Positions 1 to 9,249 are shown, counted from the first letter of the stretch. The stretch is DNA of 30,000 nt from Serratia sp. (in: enterobacteria) (GCF_051654945.1 NZ_JBOFZA010000076.1:19279-49278), one strand, 5' to 3'. The notes: generated by a model from the letters alone, not told the origin. Program-made: numbers and translations.

Positions 1-98
1 GGGTATTCATAAACCGCCATCACCATTGATGCGGTAATAGCAAAAAAGCCTAGCAACGTTAATTGCTTTGGAGCGGCGCTTTTTTCGGTGCTCGCCAT
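1..98 (-). CDS. gadC: Glutamate:GABA antiporter, N-terminal 32 codons only (gene runs off the left edge)
   Basis: Minus-strand ATG at 98 is preceded by AGGAGA. It translates to [33 protein letters not shown]. The [23 protein letters not shown] stretch is how I remember the E. coli GadC N-terminus. The gene lies directly downstream of gadB, as in the gadBC operon. Confidence 0.8.
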   Translation of the reverse strand, partial: MASTEKSAAPKQLTLLGFFAITASMVMAVYEY

Positions 99-150
99 AA
101 CGATTCTCCTGCCGGAAGAGGTTGCTCTTCTTCAGCGAATATTGGTGGGG

Positions 151-182
151 AAAAAAGCGGGGCTGGCATCAACGCCGCCCCG
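151..182 (-). terminator. Intercistronic stem-loop plus T-run between gadB and gadC (intrinsic terminator or attenuator candidate)
   Basis: The minus strand reads CGGGGC-GGCGTTGATGCCA-GCCCCG, followed by CTTTTTTCC. The 6-bp GC stem pairs 158-163 with 177-182. The T-run corresponds to plus-strand A151-A156. Confidence 0.45.
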
Positions 183-199
183 ATAAGAAACCAGAGTGA

Positions 200-1600
200 T
201 TACCCGTGGTTGAATCCGCTGCCTTGCTGCGCAGAGACTGGGTTAACGACCGGATGATTCTCGAATTCAATCAGCGCACGTTTGATATCTTCGATCAGCA
301 GGCAGCCAAGGTCGTAGCTCACGCCGTGGCGCACCAGGATGCGTTGGATCACCAGATCTTCACGGTGTGTCGGCATCGAATAGGCTGGCACCTGCCAACC
401 ACGAGCACGCAGTTTTTCCGCCAGATCGTAAAGGGTGTAGCCACCGATCGCCGCGCCGTCTTTCAGTTTCCACGCCAGCGCCGGAATGCCTTTATCGCTG
501 TCACCATCAAACAGAATGTCAAACGGCCCCAGCTTGCCAATCTCTGCTGCCAAATGCTGAGCCGTGGCGTAGCAAGCGTTGTGGATTTTGGCGTAGCCTT
601 CGCGGCCAAGGCGCAGGAAGTTATAATATTGCGCCACGATCTGGCCACCAGGGCGCGAGAAGTTCAGCGCGAAAGTCGGCATGTTGCCGCCAAGGTAGTT
701 GACGTTGAAGATCAGCTCTTCTGGCAAATCCGCCGCTTCACGCCAGACAACCCAGCCTGCCCCCAACGGTGCCAGACCAAATTTATGCCCTGACGAGTTA
801 ATGGATTTCACCCGTGGCAGACGGAAATCCCACTCCAGTTCTGGCGAGCAGAAGGGAGCCAGGAAAGCACCGCTGGCACCATCGATATGCATCGGGATAT
901 CCAGGCCGGTTTCCTGTTGCAGACGATCCAGCGCATCACTTACCTCTTTCACCGGCTCGTACTGGCAGGTGAACGTCACGCCCAACGTGGGTACGACACC
1001 AATGGTATTTTCATCAACGCGCTTGAGCACTTCCTCCGCATTCATGATCAAACGATCGCCCTCTAGCGGGATTTCACGCAGTTCTACGTCGAAGTAGCGA
1101 GCAAACTTGTGCCAGCAGATCTGCACCGGGCCACAAATCAGGTTCGGCTTGTCGCTAGGCAGCCCCTGCTCAGCACGCTTTTTGCGCCACTGCCATTTCA
1201 GCGCCAGCCCGCCCAGCATGGCGGCTTCAGAGGAGCCGATGGTTGAACAGCCAAGGGTGGTTTCCGGCGTTGGTGAATTCCACAGGTCGGCCAACATTCT
1301 GACGCAACGGGCTTCAATTTCGGCGGTTTGCGGATATTCATCTTTATCGATCATGTTCTTGTCGATAGATAAATCCATCAGTTCGCGGATTTCATCATCC
1401 ACCCAGGTCTGACAGAACGTAGCCAGGTTCTGACGTGAATTACCGTCCAGCATCAGCTCATCGCGGATGGCATTAAAGACGTTACGCGGATTGCGCTCGG
1501 CCATTGGGAAAGTGGATGTCGGTAATGCACCCGCCAAATCTACTGACCCGTAAATATCATCATTTTCATTATAAACTGGAGCGGTAGTGACCTTATTCAT
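200..1600 (-). CDS. gadB: Glutamate decarboxylase, PLP-dependent (466 aa)
   Basis: Full-length ORF, colinear by eye with E. coli GadA/GadB (same 466 aa). It includes the ...[15 protein letters not shown]... PLP-lysine region. An RBS-like AAAGGG lies upstream of the ATG at 1600. Confidence 0.95.
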   Translation of the reverse strand: MNKVTTAPVYNENDDIYGSVDLAGALPTSTFPMAERNPRNVFNAIRDELMLDGNSRQNLATFCQTWVDDEIRELMDLSIDKNMIDKDEYPQTAEIEARCVRMLADLWNSPTPETTLGCSTIGSSEAAMLGGLALKWQWRKKRAEQGLPSDKPNLICGPVQICWHKFARYFDVELREIPLEGDRLIMNAEEVLKRVDENTIGVVPTLGVTFTCQYEPVKEVSDALDRLQQETGLDIPMHIDGASGAFLAPFCSPELEWDFRLPRVKSINSSGHKFGLAPLGAGWVVWREAADLPEELIFNVNYLGGNMPTFALNFSRPGGQIVAQYYNFLRLGREGYAKIHNACYATAQHLAAEIGKLGPFDILFDGDSDKGIPALAWKLKDGAAIGGYTLYDLAEKLRARGWQVPAYSMPTHREDLVIQRILVRHGVSYDLGCLLIEDIKRALIEFENHPVVNPVSAQQGSGFNHG

Positions 1601-1769
1601 AATAATAACCCTTTAAGATAGTTCTATTAATCAAGAAATATATTTGCGATATCAGGCAGCATAAATAACGTTATTATTTATCCGTCATATTCCCGCAAAA
1701 CTTGATAAGGATATTAGAACAGGCCTCATAACGAAGATATAAGAGCTATTGGTAAATACTGTAGGCGCA

Positions 1770-1786
1770 GGACTACACCTGTAGGA
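1770..1786. promoter_or_regulatory. Candidate EvgA-type operator, GGACTACACCTGTAGGA, about 170 bp upstream of gadB
   Basis: Identical at 16 of 17 positions to 6290-6306 in the evgA/emrK divergent region. The core is a CTACA-N2-TGTAG dyad. An extra CTGTAGG half-site sits at 1759-1765. Confidence 0.4.
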
Positions 1787-1821
1787 TGAGATAAACAGGC
1801 GTAGCATGGTTTTGGAGATGA

Positions 1822-4800
1822 CTAGGGGTGGGAAAATGCCTCAATGGCCGCATTCAGCCCCAGAAGCAGCTGTTCCAGGTCGCGCATGCCCTGTTCAATG
1901 ATGGCCTCATGCTGCTGTTTCGCCAGCGCATTTTCCAGCGCTTCACTAAGCTGATGTAATGACGTTGCCCCCAGCAATTGAGCCGTTCCATTGATGCGAT
2001 GTAAATGGCGTTGCAGAGTTGGCCAGTCCTGTAATTGGTGTGCCTGCCTGGCCACCAGCAGATCTTTGTCATTTTCCTGCCGGGCTTGCTCGAGCATCTG
2101 GCGCATCAGGGCGTTATCCCCCAGGCTAAGCGCCTGTAGCGTGGCCATATCGACAAACTCGCTGAGGGAGACGGCCGGCGAAGGTGCAGCAACACCTTGC
2201 AGCGCCGCTTCCAGCTGCGGTAAATCTACCGGTTTAAACAGGCAAAGGTTCATTCCCATCGCCAGGCAGCGTTCTTTCTCTTCAGCCTGGGCGTTAGCGG
2301 TTAGCCCCCAGATAATGATCTCCTGGTTGAATTCACGTACCCGGCAAGTCAGCGTCATGCCGTCCATATTCGGCATATTGAGATCGGTGATCAGCAAATC
2401 ATACGGATTGGCCTCGATCATGGCCAGGGCCTCCACCCCATCAATAGCCTCATCGACCCGATAACCCAGCGTATCCAACTGACGACGGAGCAGTAAGCGG
2501 TTGGTGGGGTGATCGTCCGCAATCACAATCCTCAGCGCTTTTGAGCCACTGACGGGCGCTTTGGGCGTGAATGAAACGGCGGTAACCTTATCCAGATCCG
2601 CAACTGCGGTGATGAGCGTTACCGTCATGGTCGTTCCCCTGCCCGGCTGGCTTGCCATCTCTATGCTACCGGCCATACGTTCCACCAACTCACGGCAAAT
2701 CGTCAGACCCAATCCCGATCCGGTCTGTTGTTTACCGCCTTCGGTCTGGCTAAAGGGCTTAAACAGGTGTTGTTGCTCCTGTGGGCCAATCCCTGCCCCG
2801 CTATCTTTCACGCTCAGCGTCAGGCGAGTTTGATCGGTGCCCTGCGAGTGCGTTTGCGCGATCACCTCAACCCCGCCCTCAACGGTAAATTTGATGGCGT
2901 TACTGAGCAGATTGGCAAGTATCTGCTTCACCGCCTGCGGATCGAGCCACAGCGCCTGCGTTGTTCCGAGGTGGTAGTCTACCGACAGCCGCAGATTTTT
3001 CAGCGTGGCCACCCCCTCAAAACTGCTGACCGTCGTGGCTAACAGCGAAGCCAGATCAACCCATTCTGGTGTCAGCTCAAAGTTGCCAGACTCAATTTTC
3101 TCCATATCCAGCACATCGCCAATCAGGCCAAGCAATGACTGCGCGGTGGCATAGGCAAGTTGGATCGACTCTTTCTCCTCTGCCGGGCTTTGGCTATGGG
3201 TGGTAAGCAATTCCAGGAACCCCATAATGGCACTCACCGGCGTACGAATTTCATGGCTCATGCTGGCCAGGAAGGTGCTTTTGGCCCGATTGGCATCAAT
3301 GGCCTTGTCTTTCTCCACCTGCAACGCCTGCATCAATTGTCTGGATTCGGTAATGTCCTGCCAGCCGCAAATCAGCGTGGCTGTTGTGTTAGCTGGCAGT
3401 TGGCACAGCGTTAACCAGTGCAAAATCAGGCGTTCTTCCGTGCCATTATTCAGCACCAATTGATGAGGGATAACCTGGTTGGCTTGCAGCCCTTGCTGGA
3501 TTACGGGCTGCACCGCAGCGAAAATGTCTGCCAGCGGATGGCGACGGTCAAACAACGAGTAATGCATCGCGGCATAAAGCTCGGGACTGAAGAAGTCACC
3601 AAAAGCGCTGTTGTAGCTTTCGACCTCTCCTTGCAAAGAGATAACGTACACCGGCACCGGGATCGAGTTGAATAAGGTCTGGCGGAAACCAAGCTGATAC
3701 TCAAGCGCCGCCTGTGCCTTTTTGCTTTTACGGATGGCCCGCAGCAGATAAGCCCCCCATAGCAAGCTGCTGACCACCAGCAACGTTGCCAAAATGATCA
3801 CCAGATAAAAAGGCCGGTTATAGAGATTCCAGGTGTCAATTTTCACTTCAGGGGTTTTTACCCACTTGCCAGCCAAATTCAACAGCTCTTTGGGAGGAAT
3901 ATCGTCCAGCGCCTTATTCATAATGCTTTGTAATTCTGGCGAACTGCGTGGCACGGCAAAAGAGATCTGGGCAGTGCGTTCATCAGGAATACGCGTGTAG
4001 GTCATCCGATCGGGATAATAGTGATCGATGATATAGCGCGCGGCGAGCTGCGTAGACACCACTGCGTCGATTTCCCCCTGATCCAGCATGCTCAGCGCCG
4101 CACTGGTGTTCTCTACCTCGATCCATTTCACGCCCGGATATTTGATTTTCAGCTTTTCCAATAACGTATGGTAGGCCGGAATAGCGACTTTCATGCCCGG
4201 CTGCAGCTCTATGCCCTGCTTGGCAGCAACGCGGGTAACCATCACAAAAGGGGTGGCTAAATACGGATGGGTAAAGGCAATTTGCTCTTCCCGATCGGGG
4301 CTGTAGGTAGCCGAGGGCAGGATATCCCAATCGCCCTTACGCATAATGCCGACCATCTGTTCATTGGAATTGGCGATCACTGGCTCAAAGGTCAAGCCGG
4401 TTTGTAGCTGGATCAGGTTAAGGATATCGCCAACCAGCCCACGCATTTCCTGATTTTCATCCACCATGCTGAATGGGGCGTAATAGGGATTAACCAACAC
4501 ACGCAATTTAGGATGCTTTTGCAGCCAACGAGTTTCCTGTGTGGTAAAAGTCAGCCTTTTGGATAAAAAGGCCAGATTGCCCATATCAATCCACGATTGG
4601 ACAATCTGGCTGTGTAAAGGCTCGGTCAACGATCTGATAAAGCTATCTACGATGTTGACTAACTGTCGCTGGTTAGCGAGCGCAATAAATACGTTACCGC
4701 TCTGCGGCTCTCGCCAGAATTTCACCATATCCAGCGTCTGATAGTAATCGCGGGCGATAATAAAACTGGTGGTGAGGTTATTGCCGAAAAAATAGTCGCT

Positions 4801-5418
4801 CTGTTGGGCGGCAACCGAGGCCAACGCCTGATTTTCATGGGCAAAAGAAACGATGCTGGCGTTGGGAAATGACTGTTTGATAAATGATTCAGACGGAAAA
4901 CCTTGCGTGATAGCCACCTTGATATTGCCGCTAATATCGTGAAACGGCTTCATCACTTCGGCCTGCCGCGTCACCAGGGTTGGATACCCTCGCACCAGCG
5001 GCAAGCTGGTAATAAAGGGAGCCTCTAGCTGGCTTACCCCGGATTGGGCGCTGAGAACGAGATCGACGCTGCCCGCTTGTAATGCAGCCAATGCCTGCGA
5101 TTCATCGACATAAAGTTTGACGATCACATTGGTATTCAGAGCCTTTCCCAGCAGCGCAAGATAATCCGCATTCATTCCGCGATAACGACCAGTGGCGCTA
5201 TTTATACTTAACGGTGGGGATTCAAGGCCATAAACGGCGACGGTAAGAGTGTGCTTTTGCGCCAGCCATGCCAGATCGCCGTAGCTGAGAGCGATAGTTG
5301 AGGGCGTGACTATGTGATTACTCGTCAGCACCAACGTTATCGGCTCGTTGCTCACCGCCCGTGCAGGCAGCATCATCCATAGCAAAACCAGCCAAAACAC
5401 CACCACTCGCCTTAACAT
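1822..5418 (-). CDS. evgS: Hybrid sensor histidine kinase of the EvgS/BvgS type (1198 aa from the ATG at 5418)
   Basis: Domain order read from the translation: signal peptide; two periplasmic solute-binding-like domains; TM segment; HisKA (SHEIRTP); HATPase (GSGLGL); receiver (DLLITDLNMPNMDG); C-terminal HPt (HRINGTA). The length matches E. coli EvgS (1197 aa). I prefer the ATG at 5418 (MLRRVVVFWL...) to the ORF-track start at 5454, which would overlap evgA by 32 nt. Confidence 0.9.
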   Translation of the reverse strand: MLRRVVVFWLVLLWMMLPARAVSNEPITLVLTSNHIVTPSTIALSYGDLAWLAQKHTLTVAVYGLESPPLSINSATGRYRGMNADYLALLGKALNTNVIVKLYVDESQALAALQAGSVDLVLSAQSGVSQLEAPFITSLPLVRGYPTLVTRQAEVMKPFHDISGNIKVAITQGFPSESFIKQSFPNASIVSFAHENQALASVAAQQSDYFFGNNLTTSFIIARDYYQTLDMVKFWREPQSGNVFIALANQRQLVNIVDSFIRSLTEPLHSQIVQSWIDMGNLAFLSKRLTFTTQETRWLQKHPKLRVLVNPYYAPFSMVDENQEMRGLVGDILNLIQLQTGLTFEPVIANSNEQMVGIMRKGDWDILPSATYSPDREEQIAFTHPYLATPFVMVTRVAAKQGIELQPGMKVAIPAYHTLLEKLKIKYPGVKWIEVENTSAALSMLDQGEIDAVVSTQLAARYIIDHYYPDRMTYTRIPDERTAQISFAVPRSSPELQSIMNKALDDIPPKELLNLAGKWVKTPEVKIDTWNLYNRPFYLVIILATLLVVSSLLWGAYLLRAIRKSKKAQAALEYQLGFRQTLFNSIPVPVYVISLQGEVESYNSAFGDFFSPELYAAMHYSLFDRRHPLADIFAAVQPVIQQGLQANQVIPHQLVLNNGTEERLILHWLTLCQLPANTTATLICGWQDITESRQLMQALQVEKDKAIDANRAKSTFLASMSHEIRTPVSAIMGFLELLTTHSQSPAEEKESIQLAYATAQSLLGLIGDVLDMEKIESGNFELTPEWVDLASLLATTVSSFEGVATLKNLRLSVDYHLGTTQALWLDPQAVKQILANLLSNAIKFTVEGGVEVIAQTHSQGTDQTRLTLSVKDSGAGIGPQEQQHLFKPFSQTEGGKQQTGSGLGLTICRELVERMAGSIEMASQPGRGTTMTVTLITAVADLDKVTAVSFTPKAPVSGSKALRIVIADDHPTNRLLLRRQLDTLGYRVDEAIDGVEALAMIEANPYDLLITDLNMPNMDGMTLTCRVREFNQEIIIWGLTANAQAEEKERCLAMGMNLCLFKPVDLPQLEAALQGVAAPSPAVSLSEFVDMATLQALSLGDNALMRQMLEQARQENDKDLLVARQAHQLQDWPTLQRHLHRINGTAQLLGATSLHQLSEALENALAKQQHEAIIEQGMRDLEQLLLGLNAAIEAFSHP

Positions 5419-5422
5419 GCGC

Positions 5423-6055
5423 TCACCCAATTTTATTACGGTTGGCAAAGGCAAACAGGTCTGCCAACGAGCTACAACCGAGCTTCTCCATTAAACGGCT
5501 TTTATAGGTACTGACCGTTTTATTGCTGATAAACATCGCCGCCGCGATCTGCATATTATCCGCACCGCCAAGGATGGCGCGCATCACCTTGATCTCCTGG
5601 CTGGAGAGCGAAGCCAACATTTCCTGTTCCGAAGAAAGGCTGCCGACGAAACCGTTCAGTGAGAAAGGAAAATAGCTGTAGCCATTTTGGGCGGCATGCA
5701 CCGCAGCAATGATATTGGTCATGCCCTCTTTTTTACTGATAAAGGCATTGGCCCCGGCATCTGCACTGCGCTTGCCGTAGAACAGATCGTTTTTGGCTGA
5801 GACTACGATAATAATTTGGCTGAACTGCTGCTTTCTGAGCTTTTCAACCACCTCAATGCCGCTCATGATGGGAATATCCACGTCGACAATCACTACGTCC
5901 GGCTGCTGCTGCGCTACCTGTAACAGCGCTTCGGCCCCGTCCCCCGCCTCGCCAATAACCTCAATCCCTTCACTTTCCAGCAGGTTCCTGATCGCCATAC
6001 GGGCCAGAGGATGATCGTCAACAATTACAGCACTCAAAAATTTGGCTTCACCCAT
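5423..6055 (-). CDS. evgA: Response regulator, NarL/LuxR-type HTH output (210 aa)
   Basis: Receiver domain (VIVDDHPLARMAIRNLL..., DVVIVDVDIP) plus a C-terminal LuxR-type HTH (LSSQEIKVMRAILGGADNMQIAAAMFISNKTVSTYKSRLMEKLG). It lies immediately upstream of evgS and divergent from the emrK-type gene, as in E. coli. Confidence 0.9.
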   Translation of the reverse strand: MGEAKFLSAVIVDDHPLARMAIRNLLESEGIEVIGEAGDGAEALLQVAQQQPDVVIVDVDIPIMSGIEVVEKLRKQQFSQIIIVVSAKNDLFYGKRSADAGANAFISKKEGMTNIIAAVHAAQNGYSYFPFSLNGFVGSLSSEQEMLASLSSQEIKVMRAILGGADNMQIAAAMFISNKTVSTYKSRLMEKLGCSSLADLFAFANRNKIG

Positions 6056-6289
6056 GGTTGTTTCCTGGTCATATAAAAAATACGGACAGTGTTGGGCAGC
6101 GATGTTGCTTCGCTCGCTCTCTATCTTAAGGATATCAAGCTATCTACGAGCTTATAGCATAACCGTGTTTATTGTTCTAATTCACAGAACTTCCTTCCCC
6201 CTTACTCTCCAAAGTGTGGGGCTTTCCCTGCAGTTGTCAGATAGGGACGTCAGTTTCCGGCGCGCCACTGGCAGACCTGGTTTAGCAAG

Positions 6290-6306
6290 GGACTACACGT
6301 GTAGGA
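6290..6306. promoter_or_regulatory. Candidate EvgA-type operator, GGACTACACGTGTAGGA, in the evgA/emrK divergent region
   Basis: Contains the perfect 12-bp palindrome CTACACGTGTAG. It is a near-identical copy of 1770-1786. The right half, TGTAGGA, fits the TGTARGAA half-site I recall for E. coli EvgA. Confidence 0.45.
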
Positions 6307-6524
6307 GGCGGCCTGCAACAACTTCCGATGTCTCTGCTGTGTTACGGCCAGGCCCTGCATTATCATTATTACGAACTTTCAGCATTGCTGCTCGCCGATC
6401 CGGACGTTTCAAGCTGAAAATGATGACCAAGCCATTCTATTAATCAATTACGCTCTGCGCTTATTGCCACTGGCAGCGTGATGGCTTGCTATTGCTCCTA
6501 AACAGACCAGCAAGGGTTTTGCCA

Positions 6525-7694
6525 ATGCCACAATTACCCCCCTCAGACAGTAACCAGGTGAAAACACCCTTAGAAAAAAGAAAGCATTGGCTGATCGTTT
6601 TTCTAGTGGTGATTGTTATTACAGCCATGGCCAGTGCCGCCTGGTGGTATTTCAATTCGCGCAATGTGCAAAGCACCGACGATGCCTATGTCATGGGCAA
6701 TCAGGTCGCGATTTCTTCGCAGGTGAATGGCAGCGTGGTCAGCGTGAATTACACCAATACCGATTTAGTCCACCAAGGGGATGTGTTGGTCAATTTAGAT
6801 GATACCGATGCCAACCTCAGCTTTAAAAAAGCCAAAAATAATCTGGCGGAAACGGTGAGAAAAACCAAGCAGATCTATATCGCCGACGAACAATATAGCG
6901 CCAATATTGCCCAGGCTAAAATCGCGTACCAACAGGCACAGGCCGATTTTAAACGTCGCACCCAGCTGATGGGCGCGGGGGCTTTTTCAAAAGAAGATCT
7001 GCAACATGCGCGCAATGCCGTTAGCAGCAGCAAGGCAGCGCTGGACGTCGCCATTCAGGAATATCGCGGTAATCGTGTTCTGATCCAGAACTCCACGCTT
7101 GAACAGCAGCCGGCAATCCTGTTGGCAGTAGAACAACTGCGTGAAGCCTGGCTGGCGCTACAACGTACCAAAATTCGCAGCCCGGTGACCGGCTATGTCG
7201 CGCAGCGCAATGTGCAGGTCGGTGAAACGCTGAGTGCAGGCCAGGCCTTATTATCTATCGTCCCCGCCGATCAGCTGTGGATTGACGCCAACTTCAAGGA
7301 AACCCAGCTCAGTGGTGTCCGCATTGGGCAGAAGGTGAGCGTGGTGAGCGATCTGTATGGCAGTGATGTGGTCTTCGACGGCGTGATTGAAGGGATCAAT
7401 ATGGGCACCGGCGGCGCGTTTTCAGTACTACCCGCGCAGAATGCCACCGGCAACTGGATCAAAGTGGTACAACGCCTTCCGGTGCGTATCACCCTGGATG
7501 CCGAGCAAGTCAAAGCGTACCCGCTGCGGATTGGCTTATCCACCACGGTGACCCTGCGCGAAAACAACACCAACGGGCCTGCGCTGTCTACCACCCAACG
7601 CCAGACTCCGGCTTACCAAAGCCAGGCGCTGGTGCTCGATACCGCGATTATCGACGGGGAAATCCTCAGCATCATCAAAGCCAATGCGATGTGA
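6525..7694 (+). CDS. emrK: HlyD-family membrane fusion protein of an EmrAB/EmrKY-type efflux pump (389 aa from the ATG at 6525)
   Basis: Colinear by eye with E. coli EmrK/EmrA (STDDAYV.GN, LDDTDA...KAKNNLA, IRSPVTGY.AQR.VQVGE, NFKETQL..VRIGQ, GINMGTG.AFS.LPAQNATGNWIK.VQR.PV). The ORF-track start at 6486 is a TTG. The ATG at 6525 has AAGGG about 8 nt upstream and gives the E. coli-like length. Confidence 0.85.
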   Translation: MPQLPPSDSNQVKTPLEKRKHWLIVFLVVIVITAMASAAWWYFNSRNVQSTDDAYVMGNQVAISSQVNGSVVSVNYTNTDLVHQGDVLVNLDDTDANLSFKKAKNNLAETVRKTKQIYIADEQYSANIAQAKIAYQQAQADFKRRTQLMGAGAFSKEDLQHARNAVSSSKAALDVAIQEYRGNRVLIQNSTLEQQPAILLAVEQLREAWLALQRTKIRSPVTGYVAQRNVQVGETLSAGQALLSIVPADQLWIDANFKETQLSGVRIGQKVSVVSDLYGSDVVFDGVIEGINMGTGGAFSVLPAQNATGNWIKVVQRLPVRITLDAEQVKAYPLRIGLSTTVTLRENNTNGPALSTTQRQTPAYQSQALVLDTAIIDGEILSIIKANAM

Positions 7695-7697
7695 TCT

Positions 7698-9233
7698 ATG
7701 AGCAACAACCGCGCACTGCTGCCGCTCAAAGGCTGGTCATTGATCCTGGTGACGCTCTCGCTATCGATGGCGACCTTTATGCAGATGTTGGACTCCACCA
7801 TTTCCAATGTCGCGATCCCAACCATTTCCGGCTTCCTGGGTGCCTCGACGGACGAAGGAACCTGGGTGATCACCTCGTTTGGCGTCGCCAATGCGATCGC
7901 CATCCCGATGACCGGGCGTCTGGCACAACGCTTCGGCGAGTGCCGGCTGTTTTTAGCTTCGGTGGCATTGTTTGCCCTGGCGTCGCTGTGCTGCGGGCTC
8001 TCCACCAATCTCGATATGCTGATCTTTTTCCGCGTCATTCAAGGATTGGTTGCAGGCCCGCTGATCCCGCTCTCGCAAAGTCTGTTGCTGCGTAACTACC
8101 CGCCGGAGAAGCGTAATATCGCGTTGGCGCTCTGGTCAATGACGGTGATTATCGCCCCGATATTTGGCCCGATTATTGGCGGCTATATTTGCGATAACTA
8201 TGACTGGGGCTGGATATTTTTAATCAACGTGCCGTTCGGCATCGTGGTGGTTGCCATTACCGCGTGGAAGCTGAAAGGAAGAGAAACGCCTACCGAGCCG
8301 GTGAAAATCAATCTGTTTGCATTAAGCCTGCTGGTGCTCGGTGTAGGTTGCCTGCAAATCATGTTGGATAAGGGCAAAGACCTCGACTGGTTTAACTCCA
8401 CCACCGTGATTGTGCTGGCCGTGATTGCCGTGGTGGCGCTGATTTTGCTGATTATCTGGGAAGCCACCGACGATAATCCGATCATCGATCTGAGCCTGTT
8501 CCGTTCGCGTAACTTCAGCATCGGCATCCTGTGCATCAGTTGCGCGTATCTGATTTATGCCGGAGCGATTGTGTTGATGCCGCAGCTGCTACAGATTGTC
8601 TTTGGCTACACCTCGGTGTGGGCGGGTCTGGCCTATGCCCCCATCGGGCTGATGCCACTGCTGATCGCCCCATTGATTGGCCGCTACGGCGATCGTGTCG
8701 ATATGCGGGTGCTGGTGACCTTCAGCTTTATCGTGTATGCCGGTTGCTACTACTGGCGAGCGATGACGTTTAACCCGGCGATTGGCTTTAGTGCCGTGGT
8801 GCTGCCGCAGTTGATGCAAGGCTTCGCCGTGGCCTGCTTCTTCCTGCCGCTGACCACCATTTCGTTGTCAGGACTGGCACCAGAAAAATTTGCCGCAGCC
8901 ACCAGCTTAAGCAACTTTTTCCGTACGTTATCTGGCTCGATCGGCACGTCACTCACCATGACTTTGTGGAGCCACCGGGAGTCGTTTCACCATGCGCAGT
9001 TGACGCAGTCGGTGACGCAATTCAACCCGGCCGCGATCAAGCTGGATCGGGAGTTGCAACATCTGGGGTTCGATCAACAACAAGCAGCGACCTATATCAA
9101 CGATCAGATTACCCAGCAGAGCCTGCTGATGTCGGCCAATGATATTTTCTATCTCTCAGCGGGGGTGTTCCTGATGCTGACCCTGCTGGTATGGTTCGCC
9201 AAGCCGCCGTTTAATACGGCCAAGGCGGGTTGA
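7698..9233 (+). CDS. emrY: MFS (DHA2, 14-TMS) multidrug efflux permease of the EmrB/EmrY type (511 aa)
   Basis: The ATG lies 3 nt after the emrK stop. The hydrophobic translation is EmrB-like (MATFMQMLDSTISNVAIPTISG.LG, ...GRLAQRFGE...). The length matches EmrB/EmrY (512 aa). Confidence 0.88.
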   Translation: MSNNRALLPLKGWSLILVTLSLSMATFMQMLDSTISNVAIPTISGFLGASTDEGTWVITSFGVANAIAIPMTGRLAQRFGECRLFLASVALFALASLCCGLSTNLDMLIFFRVIQGLVAGPLIPLSQSLLLRNYPPEKRNIALALWSMTVIIAPIFGPIIGGYICDNYDWGWIFLINVPFGIVVVAITAWKLKGRETPTEPVKINLFALSLLVLGVGCLQIMLDKGKDLDWFNSTTVIVLAVIAVVALILLIIWEATDDNPIIDLSLFRSRNFSIGILCISCAYLIYAGAIVLMPQLLQIVFGYTSVWAGLAYAPIGLMPLLIAPLIGRYGDRVDMRVLVTFSFIVYAGCYYWRAMTFNPAIGFSAVVLPQLMQGFAVACFFLPLTTISLSGLAPEKFAAATSLSNFFRTLSGSIGTSLTMTLWSHRESFHHAQLTQSVTQFNPAAIKLDRELQHLGFDQQQAATYINDQITQQSLLMSANDIFYLSAGVFLMLTLLVWFAKPPFNTAKAG

Positions 9234-9249
9234 TTAACGGAGGAAATAG

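Noticed and set aside
63-257. A 64-aa plus-strand ORF spanning the gadC start, the gadB-gadC spacer and the gadB 3' end
   Set aside because: It is antisense to two confidently identified genes and their spacer, with no independent support.
1664-1675. A perfect 12-bp palindrome, AATAACGTTATT, about 65-75 bp upstream of the gadB ATG
   Set aside because: It lies in a very AT-rich promoter region, where short AT palindromes arise easily. There is no second copy in the window, and I could not match it to a known operator, including the GAD box as I remember it. It is noted only as a possible promoter-proximal site.
5419-5454. A 32-nt overlap between the evgS start (ORF track, 5454) and the evgA 3' end
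   Set aside because: The in-frame ATG at 5418 lies 4 nt after the evgA stop. It begins a proper signal peptide (MLRRVVVFWLVLLWMMLPARA) and gives the E. coli-like length. The longer start is unnecessary.
6266-6278. CACTGGCAGACCT occurs at 6266-6278 and 21103-21115 (ydiP/ydiQ intergenic). GCCACTGGCAG also recurs at 6264-6274 and 6466-6476.
   Set aside because: On a rough estimate, exact 11-13-mers shared somewhere in a 30-kb window on both strands are expected by chance (on the order of ten 13-mer pairs). There is no dyad symmetry, and the genes concerned have no functional link. It is not compelling without genome-wide enrichment.
6042-6443. A 133-aa plus-strand ORF filling the evgA/emrK intergenic region
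   Set aside because: It begins inside evgA on the opposite strand, has no SD, and gives a compositionally odd (Ser/Arg/Leu-rich) translation. The region is better explained as a divergent promoter with the dyad at 6290-6306.
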